Shown: piece after piece, positions 21,379 through 32,077 of the stretch
How the letters are laid out: every line of letters starts with the position of its first letter
How positions within the stretch are numbered: the stretch's first letter is position 1
Assembly: GCA_009836005.1 (NCBI GenBank)
Contig: VXWG01000082.1
Coordinates: 5,017 to 69,016 of the forward strand
Source of the DNA: Candidatus Palauibacter irciniicola
GTDB lineage: Bacteria; Gemmatimonadota; Gemmatimonadetes; Palauibacterales; Palauibacteraceae
DNA length: 64,000 nt
Direction of reading: 5' to 3'
Made by a program: the position numbers and the translations under genes
Notes under the pieces: model-generated
The model's database searches: none
What the model saw: the letters and a program-made list of their open reading frames with translations, nothing else
What the model was told of the DNA's origin: nothing

Positions 21379-22575
21379 CTACGCCTCGCGAAGCGCGCGC
21401 AGCTCAGAGAGCTTCACGAGCCGCGTTCGCGGCTGCGGGTGCTCCGCCGCCCGGATCCACCGGAAGCACATCGTCCCCGACGTGTGGCCCGCCGTCTCCA
21501 GCCAGTTCGGGAGCCCGGGATCCTCGTGGCAGACGACGAGGCGTACGGAACCGTCCTCCTCATGGTGCGCGAGGTGCTTGTTCGTGTGGATCGTGTGATG
21601 ACGGTAGTCCAGCGACTCCATCCAGTAGTTGTTCAGTTGGAAGTTCCAGTGCTCGCACTCGGGCGGCATCGCTTCGATGAGGAGCGCTTCGTCGTCGGCC
21701 ACGGCCCAGTGACTGTGGTAGTAGGCGATGTTCGGGTCGCCGCCCGCTTGAAGCGACACCTCCGGATCGAACATGGGCAGCGTGTTCGAGTGTTTCCGGA
21801 AGCCGCGCGCCCAGTTCGCGAACAGCATCGACGCGCCCGCCACCAGCGTACCGGCGGACTTGAGCCCCTCATCGAGTTGTTCCGGCGTGAGCGGGCGGGG
21901 TCGCTTCTCGTCCTCCGCGCACCCGATGCGCTCGATACGAAGTTCGGCCGGCGCCTCCGTCTCCCGGTCGAGGAAGGTCTGGCGCACGATCAGCGTGCGG
22001 CTCTCCGCCGTCATCGGCAGCCAGTTCCCGCCGTGGCGCCGGCCGCTGACGATGAGTTCGAAGGTCCCGTCCTCGTCGATCTCCATCTCGCCGGCCTCGA
22101 TGTAACCGGTGGGGGGCAGGCCGCCGCTCTGCCCGTAGTGGCCGGCCTGGGTGCCGAAACCGAGGTACGTCACGGTGTTGCGCCGCCCGGAGATCCGGTA
22201 CTCGAAGTCGCCGTGAATGGCGGCCGTTTGGTAGTAGTTGTCGGGGTTGTCGCTCCCCAGCTTCACCGTCTCGTGCGCCACGCGGTGCAGCACGGGCGCC
22301 CGGGGGTCGGCGTGTTCCACGAAGGCCATGAGCCCCCCGCGGGCCAGGCGGCTGAGATACCGGTATCCCTCCGCCTGGTCGAACGGGTCGCGCGGCGCGC
22401 CGGGGAAGGTCAGCGCGGCCCCCGCCGCCTTCAGCGTGTCGCAGAATTCGTCCCACGCCTTGCCGCTGACCACGCGCTGCGCGGCGACGTCCGCGGGCGT
22501 CCGGCCCCGGAGCTTCCGCGCCCCGAGCGAGAGGCGCCGAAAGAGCCCGAGCAGTCCGATGATGAACTTTCTCAT
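21379..22575 (-). CDS. DUF1214-like protein with N-terminal membrane anchor or signal sequence
   Basis: ATG at 22575 gives MRKFIIGLLGLF. The DNPDNYY and GGNWLPM motifs are recalled from the DUF1214 family. Assignment is from memory only. Confidence 0.45.
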   Translation of the reverse strand: MRKFIIGLLGLFRRLSLGARKLRGRTPADVAAQRVVSGKAWDEFCDTLKAAGAALTFPGAPRDPFDQAEGYRYLSRLARGGLMAFVEHADPRAPVLHRVAHETVKLGSDNPDNYYQTAAIHGDFEYRISGRRNTVTYLGFGTQAGHYGQSGGLPPTGYIEAGEMEIDEDGTFELIVSGRRHGGNWLPMTAESRTLIVRQTFLDRETEAPAELRIERIGCAEDEKRPRPLTPEQLDEGLKSAGTLVAGASMLFANWARGFRKHSNTLPMFDPEVSLQAGGDPNIAYYHSHWAVADDEALLIEAMPPECEHWNFQLNNYWMESLDYRHHTIHTNKHLAHHEEDGSVRLVVCHEDPGLPNWLETAGHTSGTMCFRWIRAAEHPQPRTRLVKLSELRALREA

Positions 22576-22627
22576 CGCGTCTCCCCTCCGCCCGTCCCGT
22601 GGCCTCAAGCGCGGTGGCTTCGAGCGG

Positions 22628-23248
22628 CTAGCCGGTCTTCGCCTCGGCAAGGAGGGCGGCGATGCTCTCCCGCAGCGTGTCGACGCCGGCGCCGGTGCGC
22701 GCGGACGTCTCCACCAGTTGATCCGCATCGAGTTCGAGCGCCTCGCGCAGCTGCTCCGTCGCCCGCCGTCGCCCGGACCGGTTCAGCTTGTCCGACTTCG
22801 TGAGCGCGAAGAGCGTCGGCGTGCCCGTCGCCCCCAGGAAGTCGATCATCCGCTCGTCGTCGTCCGTGAGTCCGCGGCGCGCGTCCACGAGCAGCACGAG
22901 TCCGAGCAGCTTCGGCGTCCGGCGCAGATACCCGTCGATCAGCCGCCCCCACTTCTTCCGCACGGTCTTCGGCGCCTTCGCGAACCCGTAGCCCGGCAGA
23001 TCGACGAGCATGTAACGGTCGTCGACGAGGAAGAAGTTGATCTCGCGCGTCCGTCCGGGCTGCTTCGAGGTCCGCGCGAGGCTCTTCCGTCCCACGAGCC
23101 GGTTGAGCAGGGAGGACTTGCCGACGTTCGAGCGCCCGGCGATCGCGATCTGGGGGAGGTCGCGCGGCGGCTTCTGGCCGACCGCGCCGACCGCGCCGAC
23201 GAACTCGACCGTCCTGACGTGCGCGACGACCCTGTCAGCCGGCGGCAA
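22628..23248 (-). CDS. engB: Ribosome biogenesis GTPase EngB/YsxC
   Basis: IAIAGRSNVGKSSLLNRL G1 motif, DLPGYGF, and TKSDK. TTG start. Confidence 0.85.
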   Translation of the reverse strand: MPPADRVVAHVRTVEFVGAVGAVGQKPPRDLPQIAIAGRSNVGKSSLLNRLVGRKSLARTSKQPGRTREINFFLVDDRYMLVDLPGYGFAKAPKTVRKKWGRLIDGYLRRTPKLLGLVLLVDARRGLTDDDERMIDFLGATGTPTLFALTKSDKLNRSGRRRATEQLREALELDADQLVETSARTGAGVDTLRESIAALLAEAKTG

Positions 23249-23254
23249 GGTCCG

Positions 23255-24502
<1,248 letters not shown>

Positions 24503-24538
24503 CGTCGCCTCCCCTCGGTCCCTCGGGTTGCCCCGGCC

Positions 24539-25174
24539 CTACTTCGCGACGGCGGGACCGGGCCGGCCGTTCTTGCCGTCCACCTCCGCCTCGCGCGCGA
24601 CGACCAGGTCGATGAGCCCGTACTCCCGCGCTTCCTCGGGCGACATGAAGCGGTCGCGGTCGACATCCTCGGCGATCCGCTCGAGGTCCTGCCCGGTGTG
24701 TTCGGCGAGAATCCCGTTGAGCCGCTCGCGGGCGTTGAGGATTTCCTTCGCCTGGATCTCGATGTCCGCCGCCGTCCCGTACGAGCCGCCGGAAGGCTGG
24801 TGGATCATGATCCGCGCGTTCGGCAGCGAGCGCCGCCTGCCGGGCGTGCCGGCGGCGAGCAGGAACGCTCCCATCGACGCCGCCATCCCCATGCACATCG
24901 TCGCCACCGGGGCGTTCAGGAACTGCATCGTGTCGTAGATCGCGAGTCCCGCCTGGACGCTTCCCCCCGGCGAGTTGATGTAGATGTTGATCTCGCGCTC
25001 CGGGTTGTCCGCCTCCAGGAAGAGCAACTGGGCGATCACCACGTTCGCCACATCGTCGTTGATCGGAGCCCCGAGGAAGACGATCCGGTCCATGAGGAGA
25101 CGCGAGAAGATGTCGTACGTGCGTTCCCCGCGGCTCGACCGTTCGATGACATACGGTGCGAATATCGTGCTCAA
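24539..25174 (-). CDS. clpP: ATP-dependent Clp protease proteolytic subunit
   Basis: [19 protein letters not shown], the GMAASMG catalytic Ser context, and IMIHQP. TTG start. Confidence 0.95.
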   Translation of the reverse strand: MSTIFAPYVIERSSRGERTYDIFSRLLMDRIVFLGAPINDDVANVVIAQLLFLEADNPEREINIYINSPGGSVQAGLAIYDTMQFLNAPVATMCMGMAASMGAFLLAAGTPGRRRSLPNARIMIHQPSGGSYGTAADIEIQAKEILNARERLNGILAEHTGQDLERIAEDVDRDRFMSPEEAREYGLIDLVVAREAEVDGKNGRPGPAVAK

Positions 25175-25204
25175 ATCAGTCCCTCACGTGGTTTGCGAAG
25201 CCCA

Positions 25205-26476
25205 TCAGCTCACGTCCGAGCCGTCGATCAGAAACCGGAACGCCTTGTCGATGGCGAAACGGCGGCGGAGGGGGTCGAGCTGCTTCTCCCTCGCGAGCTG
25301 CCGGCGTATCTCCACCAGGCTCTTGCCCCTCGCCTTCCCCAGTTCCGACAGGCGCTCGTCGAATTCCTCGCTCGACAAATCGAGTCCCTGATCCTCGATG
25401 AGTCGCCCGAGCACCAGATCCCGCTTGATCTGACGCTCCACCTCCGGGGTCACGGACCGGCGGGCCTCCTCGACCCGCTCGGGATCCGCTCCCTCGGGGG
25501 CGTCGATCACCCGGTCAAGATAACGCGACGTGAGACTCGGCGGCACCTCGAAGGCGTTGGCTTCGATCACCGCGTCGAGGAGTCGTTCGCCGACTTCCTC
25601 ATCCGCCTGACGTTCACCCCGCGCCAGGAGTTCCTTCCCCACCGCTTCGCGAAGTTCAGCCAGCGTCCCGAAATCTCCGATCTCGCTCGCGAACTCGTCC
25701 GTGAGGTCCGGAAGCTCGCTGGCACGGACGTCGTCGAGGCGGATCTGCAGCGATCGCGTGGTGCCCGCGAGTTCCTCGGCCCCGAAGTCGTCCGGGTAGG
25801 AGACCGTGAACGTGCCCTCCTCGCCGGGCGTGAGCGTGAGGATCGCGTCTTCGACATCCGGAATCGCGTAGCCCGCGCCCAGCTCGAACCGATACGGTTT
25901 CTCCGCCGCCCCGTCGCCTCCTTCGTGTTCCCTGATCGCCACGGCGACGACGTCACCGCTCCGCGGCGCCCGGTCCACGGGCTGGAGCACGGCGTTTTCC
26001 TTGCGGATGTTCTCGATGACCTCGTCGATGTCCGCGTCCGCGACGGCCACCTCGCGCCGCTTGACGCGGAACCCGCCGGTCCTCGCAAGCTCGATCGCCG
26101 GCATCACCTCCACGTCGATGCGGAACGAGAGCCGCTCCCCGGGCCGGTAGTCGAGTTCGCTCACCACGGGTTCCCCAATGGTGGAGAGGTCGTGCCGCTG
26201 CACGGCGTCCCGGAACGCCCGGTTGACGAGGGCATCGACGGTTCGTTCGTCGATGAGGGGACCGTAGCGTTCCTCGACGATCCGCACCGGGACCTTCCCC
26301 TTCCGGAACCCCTTGATGCGGGTCGTCTTCCGGAGTCGGGCGGCTTCCCGTCGCCGCGTCGCCGCCACCAGCGCGGGGTCCACGGATACGTCGAGACGGC
26401 GCAGGTAGTCGTTCTCCTGCTTGATCGCGACGTCGAACGGATCCGTCGCGGCGGCTTGTGAATCGGCTGGGCTCAA
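25205..26476 (-). CDS. tig: Trigger factor
   Basis: GFRKGKVP motif and the tig-clpP-clpX order. TTG start, with GGGAG 11 nt upstream. Confidence 0.9.
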   Translation of the reverse strand: MSPADSQAAATDPFDVAIKQENDYLRRLDVSVDPALVAATRRREAARLRKTTRIKGFRKGKVPVRIVEERYGPLIDERTVDALVNRAFRDAVQRHDLSTIGEPVVSELDYRPGERLSFRIDVEVMPAIELARTGGFRVKRREVAVADADIDEVIENIRKENAVLQPVDRAPRSGDVVAVAIREHEGGDGAAEKPYRFELGAGYAIPDVEDAILTLTPGEEGTFTVSYPDDFGAEELAGTTRSLQIRLDDVRASELPDLTDEFASEIGDFGTLAELREAVGKELLARGERQADEEVGERLLDAVIEANAFEVPPSLTSRYLDRVIDAPEGADPERVEEARRSVTPEVERQIKRDLVLGRLIEDQGLDLSSEEFDERLSELGKARGKSLVEIRRQLAREKQLDPLRRRFAIDKAFRFLIDGSDVS

Positions 26477-26539
26477 GGTCGGTATGGCTCCCGCTCAGGT
26501 CTCAGCACGGGCCAACTGCCGGCAGTCTGCGGCACGAAG

Positions 26540-26622
26540 TGCGAAAGGGGGGATTCGAACCCCCACGGCCAAGGGCCACCAGCTCCTAAGGCTGGCGCGT
26601 CTGCCAATTCCGCCACTTTCGC
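26540..26622 (-). tRNA. tRNA-Leu (anticodon UAG), class II with long variable arm, no encoded CCA
   Basis: Hand fold of the reverse complement: GCGAAAG/CTTTCGC acceptor, anticodon arm CCAGC-CTTAGGA-GCTGG, T arm GGGGG-TTCGAAT-CCCCC. Closely resembles E. coli tRNA-Leu. Confidence 0.85.
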
Positions 26623-26726
26623 GCGAACCCGCCAGGTCGAACGCAGCGCCGGGATCGGCCGGGAATCTCGGCATCGGCCGGAACGGGGGCAAGCAAGAAT
26701 CCCCGTCCCGCCCGGCGCCCCGCGAA

Positions 26727-28337
26727 TCAGCGTTCCGGGATCACGACGCTCCGGAAAGCGTTCTGTCGACGCCCGTCCAGCAGCAGAATATCGAGTTGCA
26801 CGCTCAGCGCATCGCCGGGCCCCAGCCCGGAGATGATGCGCTCGTAGTCGGCGCGCCCCTGAATCACCTCGCCGTTGATGTCGACGATACGGGTCCCTTC
26901 GGGAAGGCGCAGCCGCCCCACCGCGCCCCTCCGGTCTCCGCCGACGATGACGACGCCCTTGAACCCGGGGTCGATCCTGTACTGCGCATGTTCCCTGGCT
27001 TCGACTTCGGCATCGTCTTTTACTGCCAGACCGAGGACATCGCCGGTCGGCTCGGTCGGCTCGGAGCGTGCCGCGACCTGTGGTGGCGCGTCGTCGTCCG
27101 CCGAGATGAGGCGGACACGCGCCTGGTCGCGCTCCAGCGTGGAGCGGCGCACGACGTCCAGTTCCACCGTCTCCCCCGGCTCGAAGGCGCGGATCCGCCG
27201 CTGCAGTTCCGAAACGCCGGAGACGGGCTCCCCCGCCACGCCGACGATGACATCGCCGCCTTCCAGTCCGGCCAGCAGGGCGGGGCTGTCGTCGAAGGAG
27301 AAGGTCTGGATCTTCGCGCCCTCGACGCGCTCCAGGCCGTAGAACGCGGCATCCGCGGCGTTGACGTCGGTAATCGAGACGCCGATGAGCGCCCGCCGCA
27401 CCTCACCGAATTCGATCAGGTCGTCGACAACCTCGCGGGCGAGTTCGATCGGGACCGCGAAGCCGTACCCCTGGTAGCTCCCCGTCGTCGACAGGATCGC
27501 CGTGTTGATTCCGATCACCTCGCCCTCCGCATTCACCAGCGGCCCGCCCGAGTTGCCCCGGTTGATGACCGCATCCGTCTGGATGAAGTCCTCGATCGCG
27601 AGCGGGTTGCGGTTCCGGAGGATGGAGATGTTGCGCCCCTTGGCGGAGACGATCCCCGCCGTCACGGATGAGAGCAGCGGTCCCGGTGCCGTCCGGAAGC
27701 CGGGACTCCCGATGGCGAGCACCCACTCGCCTACGGCGGTCTCGTCGCTGGAGCCGATGGGAAGGACGGCGATGTCGTCCGCCTCGAGCCTGAGCAGCGC
27801 CACGTCGGTCTGCGGATCGCGCCCCACGAGTTCCACGTTGTCGAGGACCCGTCCATCGTGAAGTTCGATGTCGATGCGCTCCGCGCCCGCGACCACGTGG
27901 TTGTTCGTCACTACGTAGCCGGCCTCCGAGACGATGAAGCCGGATCCGCTCCACTCGACGGTCTGTGGCCGCCGCTCCTCCTCGCGGTTCCGGGCGGAAT
28001 CGGGCGGGAACTCGAACCCCGGCGGGAACTCGAACCCCGGCGGCGGCTCGAACCCGGGCGGTAACGGGGAAGCATTCGGGAACGAGGTCTCCCGCTCCGC
28101 CGTCAGGTAGATCGTCACCACCGCGGGAGCCACGCGCTCCGTCACGTCGGCGAAGCCGTTCCCCATCGTCATCCCGGCGCCAGCGGGGGCCCCGATCACC
28201 CACCCCGGGTCCCGGTTGCTGTCCGCCGCGATCGAGACCGGGGTCAGGTCCAGAACCGAAGCCAGCCCCACGCCGAACGCGAACGCGATCGCCGTCGCGA
28301 TCAGAAGATTCAGTCGAGTACGCAGCGAGTCGCTCAT
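26727..28337 (-). CDS. htrA: HtrA/DegP-family serine protease with two PDZ domains
   Basis: ATG at 28337 gives MSDSLRTRLNLLIATAIAF (TM or signal). TNNHVV, D..ALL and GNSGGPL catalytic triad contexts. Confidence 0.85.
   Translation of the reverse strand: MSDSLRTRLNLLIATAIAFAFGVGLASVLDLTPVSIAADSNRDPGWVIGAPAGAGMTMGNGFADVTERVAPAVVTIYLTAERETSFPNASPLPPGFEPPPGFEFPPGFEFPPDSARNREEERRPQTVEWSGSGFIVSEAGYVVTNNHVVAGAERIDIELHDGRVLDNVELVGRDPQTDVALLRLEADDIAVLPIGSSDETAVGEWVLAIGSPGFRTAPGPLLSSVTAGIVSAKGRNISILRNRNPLAIEDFIQTDAVINRGNSGGPLVNAEGEVIGINTAILSTTGSYQGYGFAVPIELAREVVDDLIEFGEVRRALIGVSITDVNAADAAFYGLERVEGAKIQTFSFDDSPALLAGLEGGDVIVGVAGEPVSGVSELQRRIRAFEPGETVELDVVRRSTLERDQARVRLISADDDAPPQVAARSEPTEPTGDVLGLAVKDDAEVEAREHAQYRIDPGFKGVVIVGGDRRGAVGRLRLPEGTRIVDINGEVIQGRADYERIISGLGPGDALSVQLDILLLDGRRQNAFRSVVIPER
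28003..28056. repeat. In-frame 18-bp tandem repeat inside htrA (two perfect copies plus one degenerate)
   Basis: GGCGGGAACTCGAACCCC occurs at 28003-28020 and 28021-28038. A variant copy lies at 28039-28056. The repeat encodes PPGFEPPPGFEFPPGFEFPP. Confidence 0.8.
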
Positions 28338-28483
28338 CCCTCTATCTCCCTCTCCCGGCCGTATCGTCCAGCGGCCGAAGTCCGAATATAGCAGCCCGAA
28401 TCGGCGTTTCTCCAACTCCCCCACCAATGACGGTGACCGGACCGGGCCCGTCACCCCCGAACGCCGCACCATGGGATGAACGG

Positions 28484-28528
28484 CGCGCGACCCGGGGTTG
28501 CCCGTGGGCCGGGCTCCCGGGTCGCGCG
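28484..28528 (-). terminator. Strong hairpin 22 nt downstream of the dnaK stop
   Basis: 13-bp perfect inverted repeat, CGCGCGACCCGGG (28484-28496) with CCCGGGTCGCGCG (28516-28528). No clear U-tract. Confidence 0.45.
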
Positions 28529-28550
28529 GTGAGACGCTGTCGGCGGAGGG

Positions 28551-30497
28551 CTACTTGTCGTCGGACTCCTCGACGATCTCGTAGTCCGCCTCGACGACTT
28601 CCACTTCGCCGGCGTCGTCCGCCTCCACCTCGACTTCGGCCTCTTCGTCGCCAGCGCCCGGCATGTCGCCCGGCGAGGCGTCGGCCCCCATCCCGGCCGC
28701 GGCGTACATCTTCTGCGCCGCCGCGCCGACCGCTTCCTGGATGGCCGTGGTCGCCTCGGCCACTTCCTCGGTGTCGTCCTGCTTGAGCGCCGCACGCCCC
28801 CGCTCCAGCGTCTCCTCGATCGCGGACCGGTCCGCGTCGTCGAGCGACTCCTTCCAGTCCTCGAGGTTCTTCTCCGTCTGGTACAAGAGGGAGTCGAGCC
28901 GGTTGCGGGCCTCCACGGTCTCGCGCCGCTCCTGGTCCTCCGCCGCATGCGATTCCGCGTCCCTCACCATGCTCTCGATCTCGGCGTCGGAGAGCCCCGA
29001 AGAGGCCTCGATGCGGATCTTCTGCTCCTTGCCCGTCGCCTTGTCCTGGGCGCTCACGTGCAGGATGCCGTTCGCGTCGATGTCGAACGTGACCTCGACC
29101 TGGGGCACGCCGCGCGGCGCGGGCGGGATGCCGGTGAGCTGGAAGCGGCCGATCGTCTTGTTGCCGCTCGCCATCTTCCGCTCGCCCTGCAGCACGTGGA
29201 TGTCGACCGTGTTCTGGTTGTCTTCCGCGGTCGAGAAGATCTCCGACTTCTTCGTGGGGATCGTCGTGTTGCGCTCGATGAGCGACGTCATGACGCCGCC
29301 CAGCGTCTCGATCCCGAGCGAGAGCGGCGTGACGTCGAGCAGCAGCACGTCCTTCACGTCGCCGCCGAGCACGCCGCCCTGGATCGCGGCCCCGATTCCC
29401 ACGACCTCGTCCGGGTTCACGCCCTTGTGCGGGTCCTGGCCGAAGAAGTCCTTCACGACTTCCTGGATCTTGGGGATCCGGGTCGAGCCGCCGACGAGGA
29501 TGACCTCGTCGATCTCGTCGACGGAGAGTCCCGCGTCCGCCAGCGCCTTCTCCATCGGCGGAATCGTGCGCTGGATCAGGTCGTCCACCAGCTGCTCGAA
29601 CTTCGCCCGCGAGAGGGAGAGGTTGAGGTGCTTGGGCCCCGACGCGTCGGCCGTGATGAAGGGGAGGTTGATGTCCGTCTGCATCGTCGAGCTGAGCTCG
29701 ATCTTCGCCTTCTCCGCCGCCTCCTTGAGGCGCTGCAGCGCCATTGGGTCCGCCGACAGGTCGATCCCCTGGTCCTTCTTGAACTCGTCCACGAGCCAGT
29801 TGATGAGGCGCTGGTCGAAGTCGTCTCCGCCCAGGTGCGTGTCGCCGTTCGTGGCCTTCACCTCGAACACGCCGTCCCCGAGTTCGAGTACGGAGATGTC
29901 GTAGGTGCCGCCGCCGAGGTCGAACACCGCGATCTTCTCGTCCGACTTCTTGTCGAGGCCGTAAGCCAGCGCCGCGGCCGTCGGCTCGTTGATGATCCGG
30001 CGCACCGTGAGACCGGCCACGCGGCCCGCGTCCTTCGTCGCCTGCCGCTGGGCGTCGTTGAAGTAGGCCGGGACCGTGATCACCGCCTCGGTCACTTCCT
30101 GTCCCAGGTAGTCCTCGGCCGTCTGCTTCATCTTCTGCAGCACCATGGCCGAGAGTTCGGGCGGCGTGAAGGTCTTGTCCGCGTGCGCGATCCGCACCTG
30201 GACGCGGTCCTGGTTGTCGCCCTGGATGTCGTAGGTGACGAGCTTCATCTCCTCGCCCACCTCGGACCGCTTGCGGCCCATGAAGCGCTTGATCGAGGCG
30301 ACGGTGTTGAGGGGGTTCGTGACGGCCTGCCGCTTCGCGACCTGCCCGACGAGCCGCTCACCCTCCTTCGTGAAGGCGACCACCGAGGGCGTGGTGCGCG
30401 CGCCCTCCGCGCTCGGGATGACGACGGGGTCTCCACCTTCCATTACCGCGACGACCGAGTTCGTCGTCCCGAGATCGATTCCGATGATCTTGCCCAT
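28551..30497 (-). CDS. dnaK: Molecular chaperone DnaK
   Basis: ATG at 30497 gives [18 protein letters not shown], followed by [13 protein letters not shown]. Confidence 0.95.
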   Translation of the reverse strand: MGKIIGIDLGTTNSVVAVMEGGDPVVIPSAEGARTTPSVVAFTKEGERLVGQVAKRQAVTNPLNTVASIKRFMGRKRSEVGEEMKLVTYDIQGDNQDRVQVRIAHADKTFTPPELSAMVLQKMKQTAEDYLGQEVTEAVITVPAYFNDAQRQATKDAGRVAGLTVRRIINEPTAAALAYGLDKKSDEKIAVFDLGGGTYDISVLELGDGVFEVKATNGDTHLGGDDFDQRLINWLVDEFKKDQGIDLSADPMALQRLKEAAEKAKIELSSTMQTDINLPFITADASGPKHLNLSLSRAKFEQLVDDLIQRTIPPMEKALADAGLSVDEIDEVILVGGSTRIPKIQEVVKDFFGQDPHKGVNPDEVVGIGAAIQGGVLGGDVKDVLLLDVTPLSLGIETLGGVMTSLIERNTTIPTKKSEIFSTAEDNQNTVDIHVLQGERKMASGNKTIGRFQLTGIPPAPRGVPQVEVTFDIDANGILHVSAQDKATGKEQKIRIEASSGLSDAEIESMVRDAESHAAEDQERRETVEARNRLDSLLYQTEKNLEDWKESLDDADRSAIEETLERGRAALKQDDTEEVAEATTAIQEAVGAAAQKMYAAAGMGADASPGDMPGAGDEEAEVEVEADDAGEVEVVEADYEIVEESDDK

Positions 30498-30592
30498 TGC
30501 TCTTCCTTGCCTTGTGCTTGTCCGCTGCTTCCGCTGGTTCCGTCCCAGTCCGCTGTTTCCGTCCCGGGGCCCCAATCGCGCGGGCGCCGCCT

Positions 30593-30608
30593 CGTTCCGG
30601 CACGCCCG
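30593..30608. repeat. Candidate att core, left copy
   Basis: CGTTCCGGCACGCCCG, 96 nt upstream of the dnaK ATG and 305 nt beyond the int stop. Confidence 0.35.
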
Positions 30609-30913
30609 CGAACGAAGACACACATTGCAATCGCCGTGCCGCACCGTCGGCCGCCCGTCCGCCGTCTTTTCCGACAAAATGGCACTTGGGGGAGCCGCGC
30701 TCCGACATGGGGTGCCAAAGTGGCATGAAAAGGGACACGGTTGTGGCGCGGAACACGGGACGGGGTATGTTCTCCGGGCTCCCGTCGCCCCGAACCCTCA
30801 GCCGGAGTGCGCCGATGTCCCAGCTTTGGCAATGAGATTGCTAACTGGTTTGATCCGTGAGGGTTACGGGATTGACCGGTCGGACTCCCGGCGTTCGGTT
30901 CCCGCTGGTGGGC

Positions 30914-32077
30914 TCAGACTGCGGCCCTGCGGCGGTCTTCGAGCGCGGTCCTGAGTTGCGCCTCGTCGGCCTGCTGATAGCAGCGCAACACCGTCTTGGC
31001 CGACTTCCAGCCACCGAGTTCGCAGAGCACCTTGAGCGGCTGATGCATGAGATCGGACGCGAACTTTCGCCTGAGCGAGTGCCAGCCCCTCCCGCGCTTG
31101 GGCTCCAGTCCGGCGAGCGTCTCGGCCCTCTCCCACCAAGCGCGGACCAGCGAGCTTTTGACGCAGCTTGCGGGGTCCCTCGGCGACGGCATGACCGGGG
31201 CGTTTCCGCCCTTGGCGCTGCGCCGCCGCGCCATTTCGAGGACGGCGACCGCCTCGGCGGTCGCGGGCGTGCGGTGCTCGTATCCGGTCTTCTCGTGCTC
31301 GGCGCGCCACCGGATGGTCCTGCCCTCGAAGTCGATGTCCGACCAGCGAAGCTGCCGGACGGCCCCGATGCGGTGTCCGGTTTCGTGCGCGAGCACGAGC
31401 GCGACCCGGAACCGCCAGTTGACCTGCTTGGACGCCTTCAGCAGCGCCTGGTACTCGGCCTCGGAGAGAACGACCCGGACGGGGTTCTTCTCCGTGGGGA
31501 TCTTGAGTCCCCTGAACGGGTTCGCCACGAGGAGCGGGCGGCCGCGTTCGTCCTTGGACTTGGCCGCCCAGTTGAAGACCGCGATCAGGAACCTGAGGTC
31601 GCATTCGATCATGCGGTCCGACACGGGCCTTCCGCTCGGTCCGATCCTTCCCGAGCGCCGCGCGAGTATGAACCGGTCCCAGTCCCTCTGTGAGAGTGTC
31701 GCGGGATCGCGGTTCCGTCCGTAGAGCCCGAGGAACATCCTCATCGCGGTCCGGTCGTGGCGCTGCGTGTGGATGCCCTTGGTGGGCGTCACCTCTTCAC
31801 CGTAGATGTCAAAGAGCGTCTCCAACGTGAGCGGCCCGGGGTCGGCGTCCTTCTGCTTGCCGTTCGGCTCCGGCTTCGCGAACCCGGCGGCGGCCTCGTC
31901 GGCCTGCCGCTTCGCGCGCCTCCAGTCGCGGTGTTTGAGCGACCGGGTGAGCCTGCGCCCGTTTTCTCGCCACTCTATCTGGTAGAGGCCGGTCTTCGGG
32001 TCCGGAAACACCCTGACCCGGTTGCGGCCCCATTCTCCGGCGCTGTAGGAGCGCCTGTCACGTTTCGTGCGTGCCAT
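30914..32077 (-). CDS. int: Tyrosine-type site-specific integrase
   Basis: ATG at 32077 after GGAGAGGA. Catalytic contexts HETGHRIGAV, GWHSLRRKFASDL and TVLRCYQ (R..H.R..Y). Confidence 0.85.
   Translation of the reverse strand: MARTKRDRRSYSAGEWGRNRVRVFPDPKTGLYQIEWRENGRRLTRSLKHRDWRRAKRQADEAAAGFAKPEPNGKQKDADPGPLTLETLFDIYGEEVTPTKGIHTQRHDRTAMRMFLGLYGRNRDPATLSQRDWDRFILARRSGRIGPSGRPVSDRMIECDLRFLIAVFNWAAKSKDERGRPLLVANPFRGLKIPTEKNPVRVVLSEAEYQALLKASKQVNWRFRVALVLAHETGHRIGAVRQLRWSDIDFEGRTIRWRAEHEKTGYEHRTPATAEAVAVLEMARRRSAKGGNAPVMPSPRDPASCVKSSLVRAWWERAETLAGLEPKRGRGWHSLRRKFASDLMHQPLKVLCELGGWKSAKTVLRCYQQADEAQLRTALEDRRRAAV

Noticed and set aside
26540-26622. tRNA-Leu as the ICE integration site
   Set aside because: It lies about 4 kb from int, with htrA and dnaK in between. 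No copy of its 3' end was seen near 48.4 kb or 63.2 kb.
30680-30695. TGGCAC motif that might be a sigma-54 -24 element
   Set aside because: The downstream GC is one position out of register and there is no TTGC. On the plus strand it points into the 3' end of int. The minus-strand version lacks a -12 element.
30884-30898. 13/15 direct repeat ACTCCCGGCGTTCGG versus ACTCCCCGCGTTCCG (48453-48467) as att candidates
   Set aside because: My rough estimate gives about even odds of such a match arising by chance between the two windows. The 16/17-nt repeat at 30593 / 48461 is a better candidate.
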